The notes beneath the pieces are model-generated. The model saw only the letters and a list, made by a program, of their open reading frames with translations. It did no database searches and was not told the origin of the DNA. Positions 14,420 through 28,766 of a DNA stretch of 64,000 bases are shown in pieces; position 1 is the first letter of the stretch; the number at the start of each line of letters is the position of its first letter. A program made the position numbers and the translations under genes. Origin of the DNA: Chrysomallon squamiferum (taxonomy: Eukaryota; Animalia; Mollusca); contig CM022673.1 of assembly GCA_012295275.1 (NCBI GenBank), positions 6,634,001 to 6,698,000 of the forward strand, in the 5' to 3' direction.

Positions 14420-15290
14420 GTCTATGTATATGTGTGAGTTTGTATCTCTCTCTCTTTCTCATTTCATCTGCTTTTTTATTCCTTTCTTTTTCTTTCATTC
14501 TGTCAATCCATCTGTCTTTCTGTCCATTTCTGTTTCCATACCTATTAGACTTCACCAGTTCGATAAATTCACTAAAACCTTAAAACTTAAAATATGTTAT
14601 TTCATAAATAAAATTCAGATCCAGATTTTATAACACACCCAAACACCATCACTGTCTAGTGAATAACAATGTATTTAATAAATAATCACACATGAAACTC
14701 TAGTCACAAAAAAACAAAAATACTCCCAGTATAATAGCAATAAATTTCAGCCCATATCATCGTTTCACAAAAATCTATATGTTCGACATTTTATAATGAT
14801 TAGCATTCAAATGCATCGAAATATTGTGAAACAAGTATTAATAATATACACACCCACATCTGGTGTTTAGGTTTCTGCTCTACAGTAACAGAGGATTATT
14901 ATTTATTTTTTATTTTTTATTAAATTATTTAGAGTATTAATTTTGATATTGTATTTAACTACTGTTGTTAATGTACAGTTCCTGAATTAATACTGTGAAT
15001 CATTTAATATTAAAAATTTCGGACAAAACCATTAAAGTAACAGAAAATTCTTGTGTGGTTTTTTTTGAGTCTGATTTTACACAGAATTAAAAGCTTTGGT
15101 TTAAAGTTACAATTATTTTTAATTTCAGCTATAGATTAAAGTAAGCAGCTGATAAAAATTTAATCATATCCTTTGTAATTAAATCATCAAAGAGATTAAG
15201 AAAATAAAGTATAATGGATTTTGTGATGTGGTTTAAATTATATCAAAGAGAATTCATTGTTTTCAAACTGTATTCAAGTTACAATTTTTG

Positions 15291-15344
<54 letters not shown>

Positions 15345-16134
15345 TAATAATAATAATAATATTAACACTAACAAATCATTTTATTTTATTCATATAGTAG
15401 ACAAGATGTGTTCTTTAAAAAAAAAAAATATATACAAGATTAAGATTAATATTAACAAAAATAAAAAATAAATAAATAAACATTTGTTGGAATGGAAAAT
15501 AGATAAATGATCCACTTGCAGGGGTTGATCTCTGAGGCAACTACACACCAAGCAAATACTTAATTATTTGTTATTGTTTCACCTCAAATGAAAAATAATC
15601 ATAGTTTTACCATAATAATGGTAATAGTAGTAGTTGTCATTGTAATAACAGCAGCAGTAGTAGTAGTAGTAGTAACAATAACAAAAGATAAAAAGAATAA
15701 ACATTACAGTATCTTTTATTAAATATGTTGGGACTTTTTTATGGGGTTTTTTATATTAAAAAATCTCAGTCATCATCAATATTACTACTTGCTTTTCTTA
15801 GGTTATAAGAGGAATAGAAAAAATTAGATATATATATATAAAAAAGTTTACACCCCACCATTAATTGTGTAAGGAAACTAAGTGATGCCATAATTGTATC
15901 TTTCATTTCCTTATGTAGCTGCAATGTAAGTATCATCGGCACTCTCTTTTCACATGCCAATAACACGTTGCCACTTTGAAATAAAGCAATCTACAACAGC
16001 GAAATGTGAACACAAACCACTACTGCGGAATTAATGTGTCTTTGGCTGTATTGAAGCATGTGATTGGTTGATGGATGGCAAAATACCATGTCACAGCACC
16101 TGGGGAATGTCACCAAAATGTTGGTAATTAATAG

Positions 16135-16173
<39 letters not shown>

Positions 16174-16221
16174 TTATATAGAGTTTATGTAGAGTTGTGT
16201 GGGTTTTATTTAACAAATTTG

Positions 16222-16254
<33 letters not shown>

Positions 16255-16462
16255 TTTTGGAAGATGAATTTGTGGGGTTTTTGGAGGTGTGTTTTTTTTC
16301 CCAGAATGCATTGAATTCTTTTTTCATTTTTTTATTTATTTATTGACTTTATTTTTTTTTTTTTTTTTATTTCAGAAGATGGGTTACTAAAATGTATTGA
16401 ACTCTTTATTATTATTATTATTATTATATATTTTATTGTGTTTTTCACATCAATTCTCCTAA

Positions 16463-16497
<35 letters not shown>

Positions 16498-19400
16498 CTT
16501 GTTGGCATTTATACGTGTATGAGTGTGCATGTGTGTACATTTCAAAAACGTTAAATAATAACTACAAACAATAACATAAAATCACAAAACTCTCTTCATC
16601 AATCTTTTCGTCGTCATCTTTTACATTTCACGAAACATAAAAATTCATAACTCAGTTAGTAAGCTTTGTCGAGAACGGGAAGGAAAAAAAAACAAAAAAT
16701 AAACCTAAAAAGGCAATACACGACTAATTAATTTGCCTACATCGTACATCAAGCAGCAACGTGGTACATGACGCCAACGTTCACTTTGAGTCAGTGATTA
16801 CATCATTGATTCCTTGCTTCGTGTAACATACAAAATTGGATTTCGCCACAAAATTTCGCAAGCAGGACCGTCAGTATTCATAAAAGGCACTGATTGGTTT
16901 TGTTGCTTCATGTAACGGAATCTCTTCATGGAGGTCAAATTCCTGGTATTAATTCAGGAGGGAAGAATATGCTTACATAGGTAATCACAAAATGGTGGCA
17001 CCAAACTTAATTTCCCTGACTTTGTAATTGAATTCTTAATGTGGAATTTAGTCCACAAGGAAATGGGTAATATCTTTAAATGTATACTGTTTCTTCCACT
17101 GGGGGAGTCAGTGGTATCAAATGAGAAACTTTTCTTCACTTGTTGATTGACGGAAGGTCGGTTTCATTTGCCAGGAATATGACACAGATTTTCGGTAAAC
17201 CGGAAATATAAAACTGATTTTTGCTACCAAGGGAGTGTGATCCTGATTTTGAACCCCCAAGGGAATTTTTGAAGAATTTTGTTAGGTTTTTTTTTTTTTT
17301 TGTGTGTGAGATCTTTGTGTTTTTTTTTTTTTTTTATAATAAAATAGTTAATTCTGAGATTTGGGGGTTTTTTGTTTTTCTATTTTAAATGGTGGTTTGG
17401 TTTAATAGTTTTGGCAATGGATTGAATTTTAGTTGAGTTTGTGAAAATTGTTTATGATTTGAAATAAAACAATTATGGTTCTTGTTGATTTTGAGTTTGT
17501 ATGAAAATCAGTTTATACTGTTACTAATTAATAATGTGAGTGTTAACTATTTTATTATCATAAGAAGATACGTATAAAAGAGAGACAAGTACAAAAAAAA
17601 AAAAAATTAATATAAATCTTTGTTACTATAAAATAAGTTCATTGGCTTTTTAAAAATTACTTTTCTTGGAAATAAAACCACATTAAAATATAGAAAAAAA
17701 AAAAAAAAAAACAAACACTCTAAGTTTCACTGAATTGAAATTTCCATAAAACATCTTTTAAAAATAATAAAATAATAAATTTAAATTCCTACATCATATT
17801 CCCATTAGGTTGAAATGATTGTAACAAAATACTACCAATTGAAAAAATAAAAAATAAAAAAAATAAAAATATAATGAAAAAAAAAAAGTAATAAATCAAA
17901 TAATAACAAATGAATAAAAATGAGATAAATTTCAAAATAATAATAATGAGAATATTTTTATTTACATTGCATCAACAATACCAACTGAATCTCTTTTTTT
18001 TTTTTTTTTTATTTTTTTTTTTTCTCCTTCTACAATTGCATCTTGGGGCAAAAACAAGATTGAATTATCTTTCCTTGCTTCATTTCGATAGCACAAACTT
18101 CCGACTTGGCGACACCATCACCTGTCACATAACGTTGCTGCAGGTGATGATGAGGTATCACAACAATACTTGCCGATGATTACCTTTGTCATAATAATGA
18201 CGACTTGGACTCAGCTGCAGGCTGGACAGACACCTGAACAGACATCCGCACTTTCTCTAAATTGGCGATGTGTGCAGATTAAATTGCACCTTTCAGCTGT
18301 TTTGAAGACCTGGGGCCACACATTAACAGTAATGTGATATTTATGGTGATGTAATTAGCTGTGTGTATGTGTGTCTTTTGTGATGGGAGTCTGTAATGAT
18401 CAAAGAGAAAAAGAAAAAAAAGAGAGAGAGAGATAAAATCATAATGATAATGGTTTCATTTTAAATTTGTTATATGTCAGTATGTTTGATGTGTTTGATG
18501 TTTTTTTGTTTTTTAAAATTTATTTATTTATTTATTTATTATTATGATTATGATTTTATAATTTATAATTTTTTTTTTTAATATGAGTTAATTTAAAAAA
18601 TGTTTACAAATTATATTTCTCTTGTGAAAATATTTTCATGGCTTTCTTGCTTTTTGTGTCAAATAAAATAATGATGTTGATAATCAAACAAAGAGTAACT
18701 CATCATTTAGTGGGAGTAGGTTATCTGTGTTACAATCTCTATGATATTTGATGCTATGTAATTTTATTTCTTTCCAAATATTTTAAGTAATCATAAACAT
18801 TTGGTCTAAAAACCACAACACCATTTTCATCCATTTAACTCATAATAAATATTTGATAAAAAAAAAAGTTACAGCTTGTATTTGTAATTACCCAAATATT
18901 TAATTTTTACATCATTTTCTTCAATTTTTATATTTAATTTATGAAAACATTCTAAGATTCCTTTCCTTTAAATCTTTCACTGCACTTTTCAGCAATCTTT
19001 TTTTTTTTGTTTTCTCTCTCCCCAAGTGAATCAGAATAAATTGTATTACATGAATGAAGCAAGCTGGGGTTTACCTTGGACAGCCAATTCTCACCAAAAT
19101 GTCATATCCCACCCATGAAGTTTCCAATAATTCTCCACAGTGGAATGCAATCTCTCTGTTTGACAAAATCACAGTGTAATGGCTTCCTTCATTATTTCAT
19201 ACTTCATATATACACAGAAACACGTTCCTCTGCTATTGAAAGTTGCAGATTTCGTTCATTTTTATTTTTTTTTTTTTTTTTTTTTTTTTTATCGATAAAT
19301 TTTTATTAATGTTTATTTTTTTGTACCATAATACAGAACCTGTACTTAGTCAACTTTGGTTTTATTATTTTTTTTTTTTTAAAAAGAAAGAAAAAAAATT

Positions 19401-20497
19401 AATAAAAAAAAAAAAAAAAAAAAAAGCAATAATAATAAAAATGATAAGAAAGGGAATAAAAAAAATCAATAAGAAGCTTATTAGTAGAATTATTTTCAGA
19501 CGACCCTTGATTTTTATCAAGACCCGCCCCTCTTCCTCCTCCCAGATGAATTGAGTGACAGGCCTGGGTGAGAGTATTCACGATTAATTTGATCAATGTT
19601 TTTTACATTCGTTGTTTTAGCTCATTTTCAACTACTGCTATAACTACTACTACTACTTCTGCTGCTTCTGCCTCTACTACTACTTTCTGTTATTATTATT
19701 ATTATTTTTATTATAAATGAAAAGATAAATAAATAAAAAGCAAAAGATGAATTAAAAACTAGTCAGTTTAATATTTCCAGGATCCAAACCAAAGCTGATT
19801 ACCATGAAATACATCTGTAAAAAACATTTACACTAATTTAACTTTAAAAAAATTTGAAAAAAAAAAATATTAAAAAAAAAAAAAAAAATTCCAATTCAAC
19901 AACACTAAAGCATAACTAAAATGAAATCATCTTTATCATAGAAGATTTGAAAAAAAAAAAAAAAAAAAAAAATAAAAAAAAAAGAGAAAATCTTAATACT
20001 GGAAAACATCATTTCAAAATCATAATAATGAGAAACATGATTTCAAAAACACGTGGTGAGACCTTCAAAACCTGACAGATTTGGTGGAATATTTATTCGC
20101 GAGCATGGCACGCCATGATCGCATTGATTGCATGGATTTCCAATAAGAAGAAAATCTGTGGCAATCAAAGATGCTGAAAAAAAAAAGTGATGAATTCTCC
20201 TCCGCCTTTGATTTGGTCAGAAAGTCATATCCCAGTATTTGATTCTTGTCTTAATAAACATTAGTTCATGATCACTTTCTTTACAAATTTACAGTGGCTC
20301 GCCTGGCACGTATGAATCACCGCTTCTTTGATTTTCGGTAATTAAAGAAAACTTGGACCCACCCAGAGTAAACGAGGAAATGTTGAAGTTTTTCTTTTAT
20401 GTTTGTCTTGAGAGTATACAAGCAGCGGTCGGTTAACTGAGGGGAAAATCACGGTATTGCAGTGCCGATGTATAGCATTGGTTTAAAAAAGTAGGGG

Positions 20498-20720
20498 GAG
20501 AGAAAATCTGGTTAATTCAAGTGTTAAAACTGAGCTTGTATAGCAGTGGTTTAATAGGAGAAAATCAGGTTAATACAAGTGTTAAAAATGAGCTAATAAT
20601 GCAGTGCTTTCTAAAGAAAAATCAGGGTAATACAAGCCTTATATATATATATATATATATATGTATATAACTGATATAGCAGTAGTTTAATAGGGTAAAT
20701 CAAGCCATTAAAAATCAGCT
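20498..20720. repeat. Degenerate tandem repeat, unit about 57 bp, about 4 copies
   Basis: Recurring gaaaatcaggttaatacaagtgttaaaa..gagct...tagcagtggtttaatag. Confidence 0.7.
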
Positions 20721-21748
20721 GATACTGCTCTGTTTGAGATGGTATGAAATATATTTGTTATTACATCCACACTGAAATACATTATAGATAATGAAGTCAT
20801 TTTAAACTGTTGATTATGTGGACATTATTTAAATAATAATTAAATTATTTTTTTTTTTTACTTGTTTCTATCCATCATTGTTTTAATTTTATTTTGTCAA
20901 TACTTTTCCTCATTAATTTATTTGTGTTTGTCTATTTACAAATTATTTGACATTTTCTTTATTTTTCTTTCTCCATTTGTTTTTCAATTTTCTATTTTAA
21001 AATTAATATTGATTTGCTTCAGAATCTTCACAAATCTGCTTACAACATTAGAAAAGCTTATCTGTTTTTCAGTTAGCATTTTTAAATTATTTAATTGTGA
21101 TCTTTCAAAAGCTGCAAACAAACATAAATGTTTAAAAAGGCAAAATCTGATAAAAGATATACTGAAATGTAAATTTACTTGTCTTTTATTTTATTTTTTT
21201 AATTATTTATTTATTATTATTATTGTAACAGTAATCTTAAAAGTAATAATAGCATTCCAATGGTAGTGGTAATAATAGTAATAAGATATTAATTATAATA
21301 GTAATAGTTGTAATAATAATAATAAGATAACAGTAGAAGTAGTAATATACTAAAAATAAATAATAGTAACAACAAATAATAATTAAAAAAAATAATTAAA
21401 TATAATAAATATAATAATAAAAGTAATTTGTTTTTGTTATGTGTGGGTTGAAAACCTATATCTTCATTAGCTTGTATGAGTTCTATAATTACTGGTAACT
21501 TGTGAGTTTGCTTCCTAATTGGAAATTTGATTCTCTAAATAGCTCAATTAATAACAAGTCTCAATAACATATACAGTTAATTTAAGTTCCAGATGGTCAA
21601 TTAAAAGAAAGGAAGAAAAAAAATAATAAAGAGCCATTCATTTTCAAAGGTGTCAAAAATCTAGATATAATGTTTGTTTTGGAAAATACTGTATACAGTA
21701 TATTACTACAACTGCAGCTGCTACTACTACTACTACTACTACTACTAC

Positions 21749-21783
<35 letters not shown>

Positions 21784-23892
21784 TTATTGTTGTTACTGTT
21801 AAAACTAATAGTTATTAATATTTTGTTACTATCATTATGATTATAATTATTATTAATATGTTCTTCATGTTATATATTCATCATCTACCTACAAAAAGTT
21901 TTTTAAGACTACATTTTACTAAGACTAGCTTCTTCAAACAACTGTAAATAAACCTTCAATAAACATCTGCTTAGAGCATCCTTGTAAACATAAATTATTG
22001 TTAAATAAAGATTCTTATTGTACACGTTTAACAATAGTATCTATAAAACTAATTCAAGTACAAGTTGTTTTTACACACTGTAATTCTTATTTTAACCAGA
22101 GAGACAATCATTTAACACTGTATCTCTGTCTTCCATTTTGCACTCCACAATGTTAAACCATATCAAATTGCTCGCCCTTTCTACAGAAGTCAAGACATAA
22201 TTGGTGGCCCTTTCTGGTAATTAATTGGCCTCATGACATGGTCCAAGAGAAGCCAGGTGAATCCTGTCCCACTGTGGGGTCCAGCAGCTGGACAATGCCA
22301 GGGACAGAGTCCAGTGGTGTTGTTGTGATGTGTTACGTTAGCTAATTAGGTAATGGTGTGTTAGGAACCATCCCATGTAGAGACTGTGAATAAAAGTTGT
22401 TTAATGGCAGAGCTGGTCCTTTGTGAGTTTATGTTGTAAATCTGTCAGAGAAGTGATTTTACCATGCATCTTTAGAGAAGTTTTCAGAGAGAGAGAGAGA
22501 CATACAGACAGACAGACAGAAACACAAAGAGAGATTGAGACTTAGAGAAGAGAGAGAGGGACAGCTAGAATTAGATATTTATGTAATAAAACGTCAACAG
22601 AAAATAGTAAAGAAATTGGTGTAATATATATCTCTGGTCAAGTGTGTATATGAGTGTGTGTGCCTATGAAATTGTCTATGTGTATGTGTCTGTGATAGAA
22701 AATGTACATATGAAAGAATACATTTAAAACCTCACTGAGAGACACATAAATATAAATCATTATACAGAAATCAGTTATTCTGCTCTGACATAATTGCCGT
22801 TAAATATAACTTTCATTTTTCAATTTCTATTTTGATCTCTCTCTTTCAGTCAATAAACATATAAAACATTTTACCAGCCAATTAGGCAGCAATTTTTTGT
22901 TACACACATCATTTTCTATCAATAGGCAATACTCTTCATTCCATTTGACTATTTCTTTATCACTTTTTATGACACACATTTCTCAATCTGGGCTATCAGT
23001 TTTTAAATTTGCAGACAAAAACTAAAATTTCCACAGGCCATTTTATTGTCTGGTCTCTTATATTTATTATTGTTACTTCAAAACTTTTCATTTTTAAAAA
23101 TTTAATCTCTCTCATATTTTTTATTTTTTATGCCCTTTTATGGCTTTTTTTTTCTTAACATTTCCTATGGCTTTTTTTCATTTTTATTTTTTCTCATGAC
23201 ATTTTTTGGGGGCTTCCTATAGCTTTTTATTTTCTATATCTTCTGATTCCCTTCAGACATTTTTCTCTACACAGCTACAGATAATTCATCTCTTAAACCA
23301 CTTTACCATCTAAATTATATCATTATTTTTTTTTTTTCACATTCCCCTTGGCCATTTGTTCTGTCTAAGTCAATTATTATTTTTATATTTTTTTTAAAAA
23401 CCACACCACCTCCTCTACACTTTACTTATCAGAATATAAGAAAACATCAGCAAGATGCTAGACCCAGGGGCAGAACATCTCCTCGGAGTGAATACATTAC
23501 GAAACTATTGATGACAATCTCATGTCACATAACTTCTTATCTTTTCTTATTACTTCTGAAGGGGCCAAATTTGATTCTTCCCAGCAGAAATCATCTCAGA
23601 TCAAAAGACAACTGTTCTTTCTCGGGAGTACAGTATTTTACCGACAGTTGGCTGGAAAAGAAATTAACCCGATAAGAAGTATTTTCTATTTCTGTGGTCA
23701 TTATTTATTTATTTGCACGATGTCTTTTTCCGAAGCAGACTGGAGGTACATGACAGTAGACATGTAAATCTTGTTTTGGTGACACACACCTGGTGCCTGC
23801 CTCACTGAAAATGTTCAGTTAAACATCTAGATAAGTGGTCATAATATAATTTGCATTCTTTTGTGCTTATACCCAGTAATATTAAATGTAAA

Positions 23893-24205
23893 TAAAGGAA
23901 GGAAAGAATGTTTTATTTAACAGTGCATTGCATGCATTTTTGATCAAAGGTTCTGTTGCTTCATACGTATGGCCAAAAAAAAAAAAAAACCACAGATATA
24001 ATAATGAAGAAAATCTTCTAATATGGGCTATTTTTATTCAATTAGCAGATACAGATCTTTTATATGCTCCTTCTCATAGAAGAGCTCTGGATGGAATGTG
24101 AAAATATATTGTAATTTGCATTTGTTTACTATAGAGGTTCTTTCTCCCAGACAGAAAAGCATATGTGGAGCTCTGACTGGAATGGAAGAAATATGCATTA
24201 GGGCT
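23893..24205 (+). mobile_element. Decayed copy of an interspersed repeat (resembles an abundant gastropod SINE/MITE-like family; from memory)
   Basis: Ordered motifs ggaaggaaagaatgttttatttaac ... atgggcta ... attagcag..acagatcttttatatgc ... ggagctctgactggaa; not database-verified. Confidence 0.45.
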
Positions 24206-25507
24206 TGGATTACTACAGAAAGTCGAAACAAATAAGTGAAAGAACGAGTGTTCAAAAATTTTGAAATTAAGTTATGAGTTACTAATCATACATATTCTTT
24301 TCAAAATAATGATGCTAGAATGTGTTTTAATATTAACAGGTATTTTTCTTGAAAACTGGTAATACTGGAGAAGAAACCTGATGCATGTACTCTTGTATAA
24401 TACACAGAGAATCTGATACAAACAGCTAGCTAGTCAGTTTCACTGTTAATTGCATTGTAGATTGCGTTGTGTCTGTTTCTGTGTCACTTACACTTCGAGT
24501 TATTGATTGCGTTTTCATGTTTTTCTCTGACTCTACTATTACAGCCATATCTCTGACTGCAGTGCTTTTTCTGTGCAAATTTCAATGATTGTTCAGTGCA
24601 AAAGATTTTCTTTTTTAATTTTCTTTTCCCTTTTTTGAAAATATTTTTTAAAAACAGTTGCATTTTTTGTTTTTTTATATATTTTTTATTTCCATTTCTG
24701 GTACGGTTTTATTCCATTTCCTGTTTGAAATGTGACTTTTTTTTTTTGCTTCTTTCAGCTTTCCTCTTTTGCTTTCCATTATTAATTTTCCTGCTTTGTC
24801 AATGATAGCATTCAATAAAAAAAAATCTTTAAATATATTTTTTTGCCATCTTTCATTCAATTTAAGTGCAGCAATAACAGTTGAGATTATGTGATTTTGG
24901 GGTGTTTTTAATACTGTGTTATGAATTACATTTATAGTCGTCCATACATCTGTTTGTGTGTATGTGTGTTATGTATACATACTTACATGTCAGCTCTGTT
25001 GTTAATGTGAAAAATATTTAAATTAACGGATATTTAAATTATTTGAGACTTATAAAAAAAAATAAAAAATCATCATCCATGAAATTCATTAAAAAATAAT
25101 AAAATGTATATTGAGATTAATATAATAACAGATACTGGACAAAGACCTCTCAACCAACCTTACCATCTATCTACTACTAACTATTTTTCTCTGTTAATAT
25201 TGCTTTCCAATCCATTACTGGCAATCATTATTTCTATGAATTTATTATATTTCCAACTTTTGACTTCATTTCTCCCTTTTTTCCCCATCTTTCCATCAGT
25301 CTTCTTTTCTCCCTCTATTTCCATCCTTCACATATTCTCTTCATACTCTCCTGTTTCCCCATCATTGTCTCAGTCCTAATTCCATCCTCTTTTTTTTCTA
25401 ATCCTTCTCTTAATTTTTTTCTCCATTCCTATCTAACATCATCTACATCCCATATCTCTTTATCCCTGTCCTTTTCTTTAAACCCTACCATTCTTCCAAT
25501 ACATAAC

Positions 25508-25542
<35 letters not shown>

Positions 25543-28304
25543 CCTGCTATCTCTATCACTGTGTTCTTGATTTTGAAAAAAAAAAAAAAAAAAAAAAAAA
25601 TCAAAAAAATCTGTGACTATTTAAAGAATACAGAACTGTGATGACAACAATTGCATTTTTTTTTTTTTTTCTTCATTTCTTGTCTTGACCAGCATTTCAG
25701 ATGTTTGTTCCTATTGTTCTGTAAACGGATGAATGATTCTGATATCTTTTAATCTTTTTCTTTGGAGTTGTTTTTTTTCTTCATCTAATTTCATGTTTGT
25801 TGTTCACTCGAGTGTGTGTGTGACAATCAGGGTTTGATGTGTGACATCGAGGAAGTCGGCATTTTAGTTTTTAACATCGTTGTAGTTGAAGTTAGGGTCA
25901 CAGTGACAATCTGCATGTTACTTGTCACCAAACAATGGATTTTTTTTTTTTTTTTTTTTTTTTTGTAATTTTGCTATTTTTCGTCCATTATTTTTTTCTT
26001 CCTTAAAACACTTTTGTAGTTGCTGAAACATGAAACTCTTAAAATCTTATCTCGTTTGCTGCTTCTTCTTTTTTTTTCTATATTTTTTGGTGATGTTGAA
26101 ATGTGAAGTTTATTTTTTTTTTTCAATTCTTTTCTTCTTTTTATTTCTTTTTTTCATTTTTATTTTTCATTTTATTAATCCTGTGTCTTTTTTTCAAAAC
26201 TTCAATGTTGCTGTTTTTTTGCCTTTATTCCAGTCATTTAAGAGAATGTTACATTCATTTTACTGGGTTTTGGTTGTTGTTTTGTTTTTTTTTTTACCAT
26301 TTTGAGACATTACTTCTTCCATTTCTCTTTTCTAAGTTCATTTTCTCTTCCTTCCTATACAGCTGGAGGGGGGGTTGTGGAAGCTGACAGGGGTGGGATG
26401 AGGGAGTCTTTCATTCTTTCTTTTTCTGAAATCGAGCTTGTCATTTCTCCCTCATTTTTAACAAATATTGTTTCCACTCTCTTTCTTTTTTTTTTTTTTT
26501 TTTTTTGACCCTTTTTCTTTTCCTTTTAGCCGACCCTTTTGTCTTCCATTTTCCCCTTTACTTTCTCATCTTTTTAAAAAAAAAAAAAAAAAAAGAAAAC
26601 AAAGATATTGCCCTAAAGGGACAGGCAGCCAAGGATCTTATCTGCCTCCAATTTCTGTCCAGTTTTCTTGTTGTGTTGTGTTTTATTTTGCAATTGATGA
26701 AACCCGCGTCAAAAAGGAACACTTTATAATTGAATGGGCAGAAAGAGGGCACAGTTATCTTTATTACACATTTTTGCGATCAGGTTTCGTGCTAACGGAG
26801 GCAATGGATGTTCATTATCATTTTTTAATTGATGTGTTTTGGGCTGCCGATGAATCTTGTATGAACGCAATCTGTCATTTTTCGCCTTCGCTTGGTCTCG
26901 TTTGTCAATGGTGCAATAGCGAAAATTTCATCTTTATGGCCTAATTAATAAAAATTAAAATATATTTGTGAAGGAGCTTTGTTAGAAGCAGAAAGTAATA
27001 AAATGGGGGAAAAAGGAGTTGAAAAATGGTACTTGCTTTATGAAAAGTTAATTTCTGTTTTAAATTTTGAATTTTGACTTTTTATTTTTTGCTTTTTAAA
27101 TTTTTATTTTTTTTTTTTTTTTTATTTTTTTAAATTGACTTCTCAGAATTCGTTTCTTGAAAAGATCATGTTGTTACTGGAATGCGATGTTAATTTTCAG
27201 AGTAAGAAGAACTTGACTAAATGTAATCACATTAATTTGCTAGGATATTTTTTACCTCACCATAAAAGACCACTTACACATAAAAAAAAACCATCTTTTT
27301 CATATGTAGCATAATTTTTAATTTTTTATGTTTTACTTCTTAGTTTCCTCATTTTAACTTTTTCTTTTATTTTTCTTGATCTCCTACATTTATATTTTTC
27401 CCACCCCTCCTTTCTACTCAATCTTTCTTTCTCCCTTCCCTTTCTTGTTTACTCTCTCTCTCTGTCTCCCTGTTTGTTTCTTCTCTTTTATATCTCTCTC
27501 TCTCCTTCTTTCTCTCTCTGCTTGCTTTTTTTAATACTGTTTTTCACTGTGATGTTCAATTAGTTTTGCAATCTAGATACCTCGATGATAAATGTATGTT
27601 GTTGAAATGTGATCATGTTTCTGTTAGCAGTACACTCGAATGTGTTAATTACCCACTCAGACAAAGCAGAGATCTATTAATCAGATTTCTGCTCTCCAGT
27701 GCTAAATACATAGTGTTGTTAATACAAGAAATTTCAGATTTATGCCAGAATTTTAAAACTTTTTTTTTGTCCAAGAAATTTGCTAAATTTGTTAACTTTA
27801 TTATGCCAAATTTATCTGGATTTTGCAACATTTCACAAAATTATTATTTCCTGTTTTTATGAAATTATTTTATTTATTTATTTATTTTCAGATTAATGCT
27901 GCATTATTATTTTAACATGTATATTAATTTCTGGTTTTACACCTATATAGATAAATATATTAATTTAATTTTATAAAATAAGAATAATAAAATAAAATAA
28001 TTAAATAAATAATAAAGAAAAGATTTCAATCTTCATTTTAAAAGAACAAACTGAGGAACATAATAATGGAATTTTCAATTAAAATATTTTTGTCATGATT
28101 GTTATTAAAATAAAATATGCCAGATTTAATATTTCAGTTGTGACAAATCATAATAAATTTTAATTTTCTAAACAGAATTGCAACTGTCAGTAATTTTTTG
28201 TAAAGAAATAAAATAAAATTAAGTTTGATTTTATTCTAAATTATCCAAATTGTGAGAGAGAAATTTAAATAAATAAAAATTTAAATAAATAAAAATATAT
28301 AAAT

Positions 28305-28336
<32 letters not shown>

Positions 28337-28345
28337 TTTAAATTT

Positions 28346-28387
<42 letters not shown>

Positions 28388-28726
28388 TTAATTTCTATTA
28401 TTAATTTTTTTTTTTAAATTGTTTTATGATTAATCACTCAAAATGTTTTAATTTGTCACGTTTTTGTTGTTCTTGCACCCATAATTGTTTCTAATGGCCG
28501 ACATTAATTCTAACTAATGCTTTGTTGAAGGTCTCAGAGCAGACTTTGTTTTTCCTAAAAAAAAATCTTTTTCTGATTTTCTGTCATCTTTAATGGAAAC
28601 AACCCCTGTAACAAGATGAATGACAAATATTTTTTTAATGCCTCACTGATATTTTAAGCAAACAATTATTTTAATATAAAACATTCAGCCTTGTTTGGCA
28701 GTGTTTGTCATCTGTTAATAGATTTT

Positions 28727-28766
<40 letters not shown>

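Noticed and set aside
18184-18233. 50-nt minus-strand exon candidate (cag...AAG|GTAATC)
   Set aside because: Stop codon in the frame needed after the phase-1 signal exon; better explained as an E-box island.
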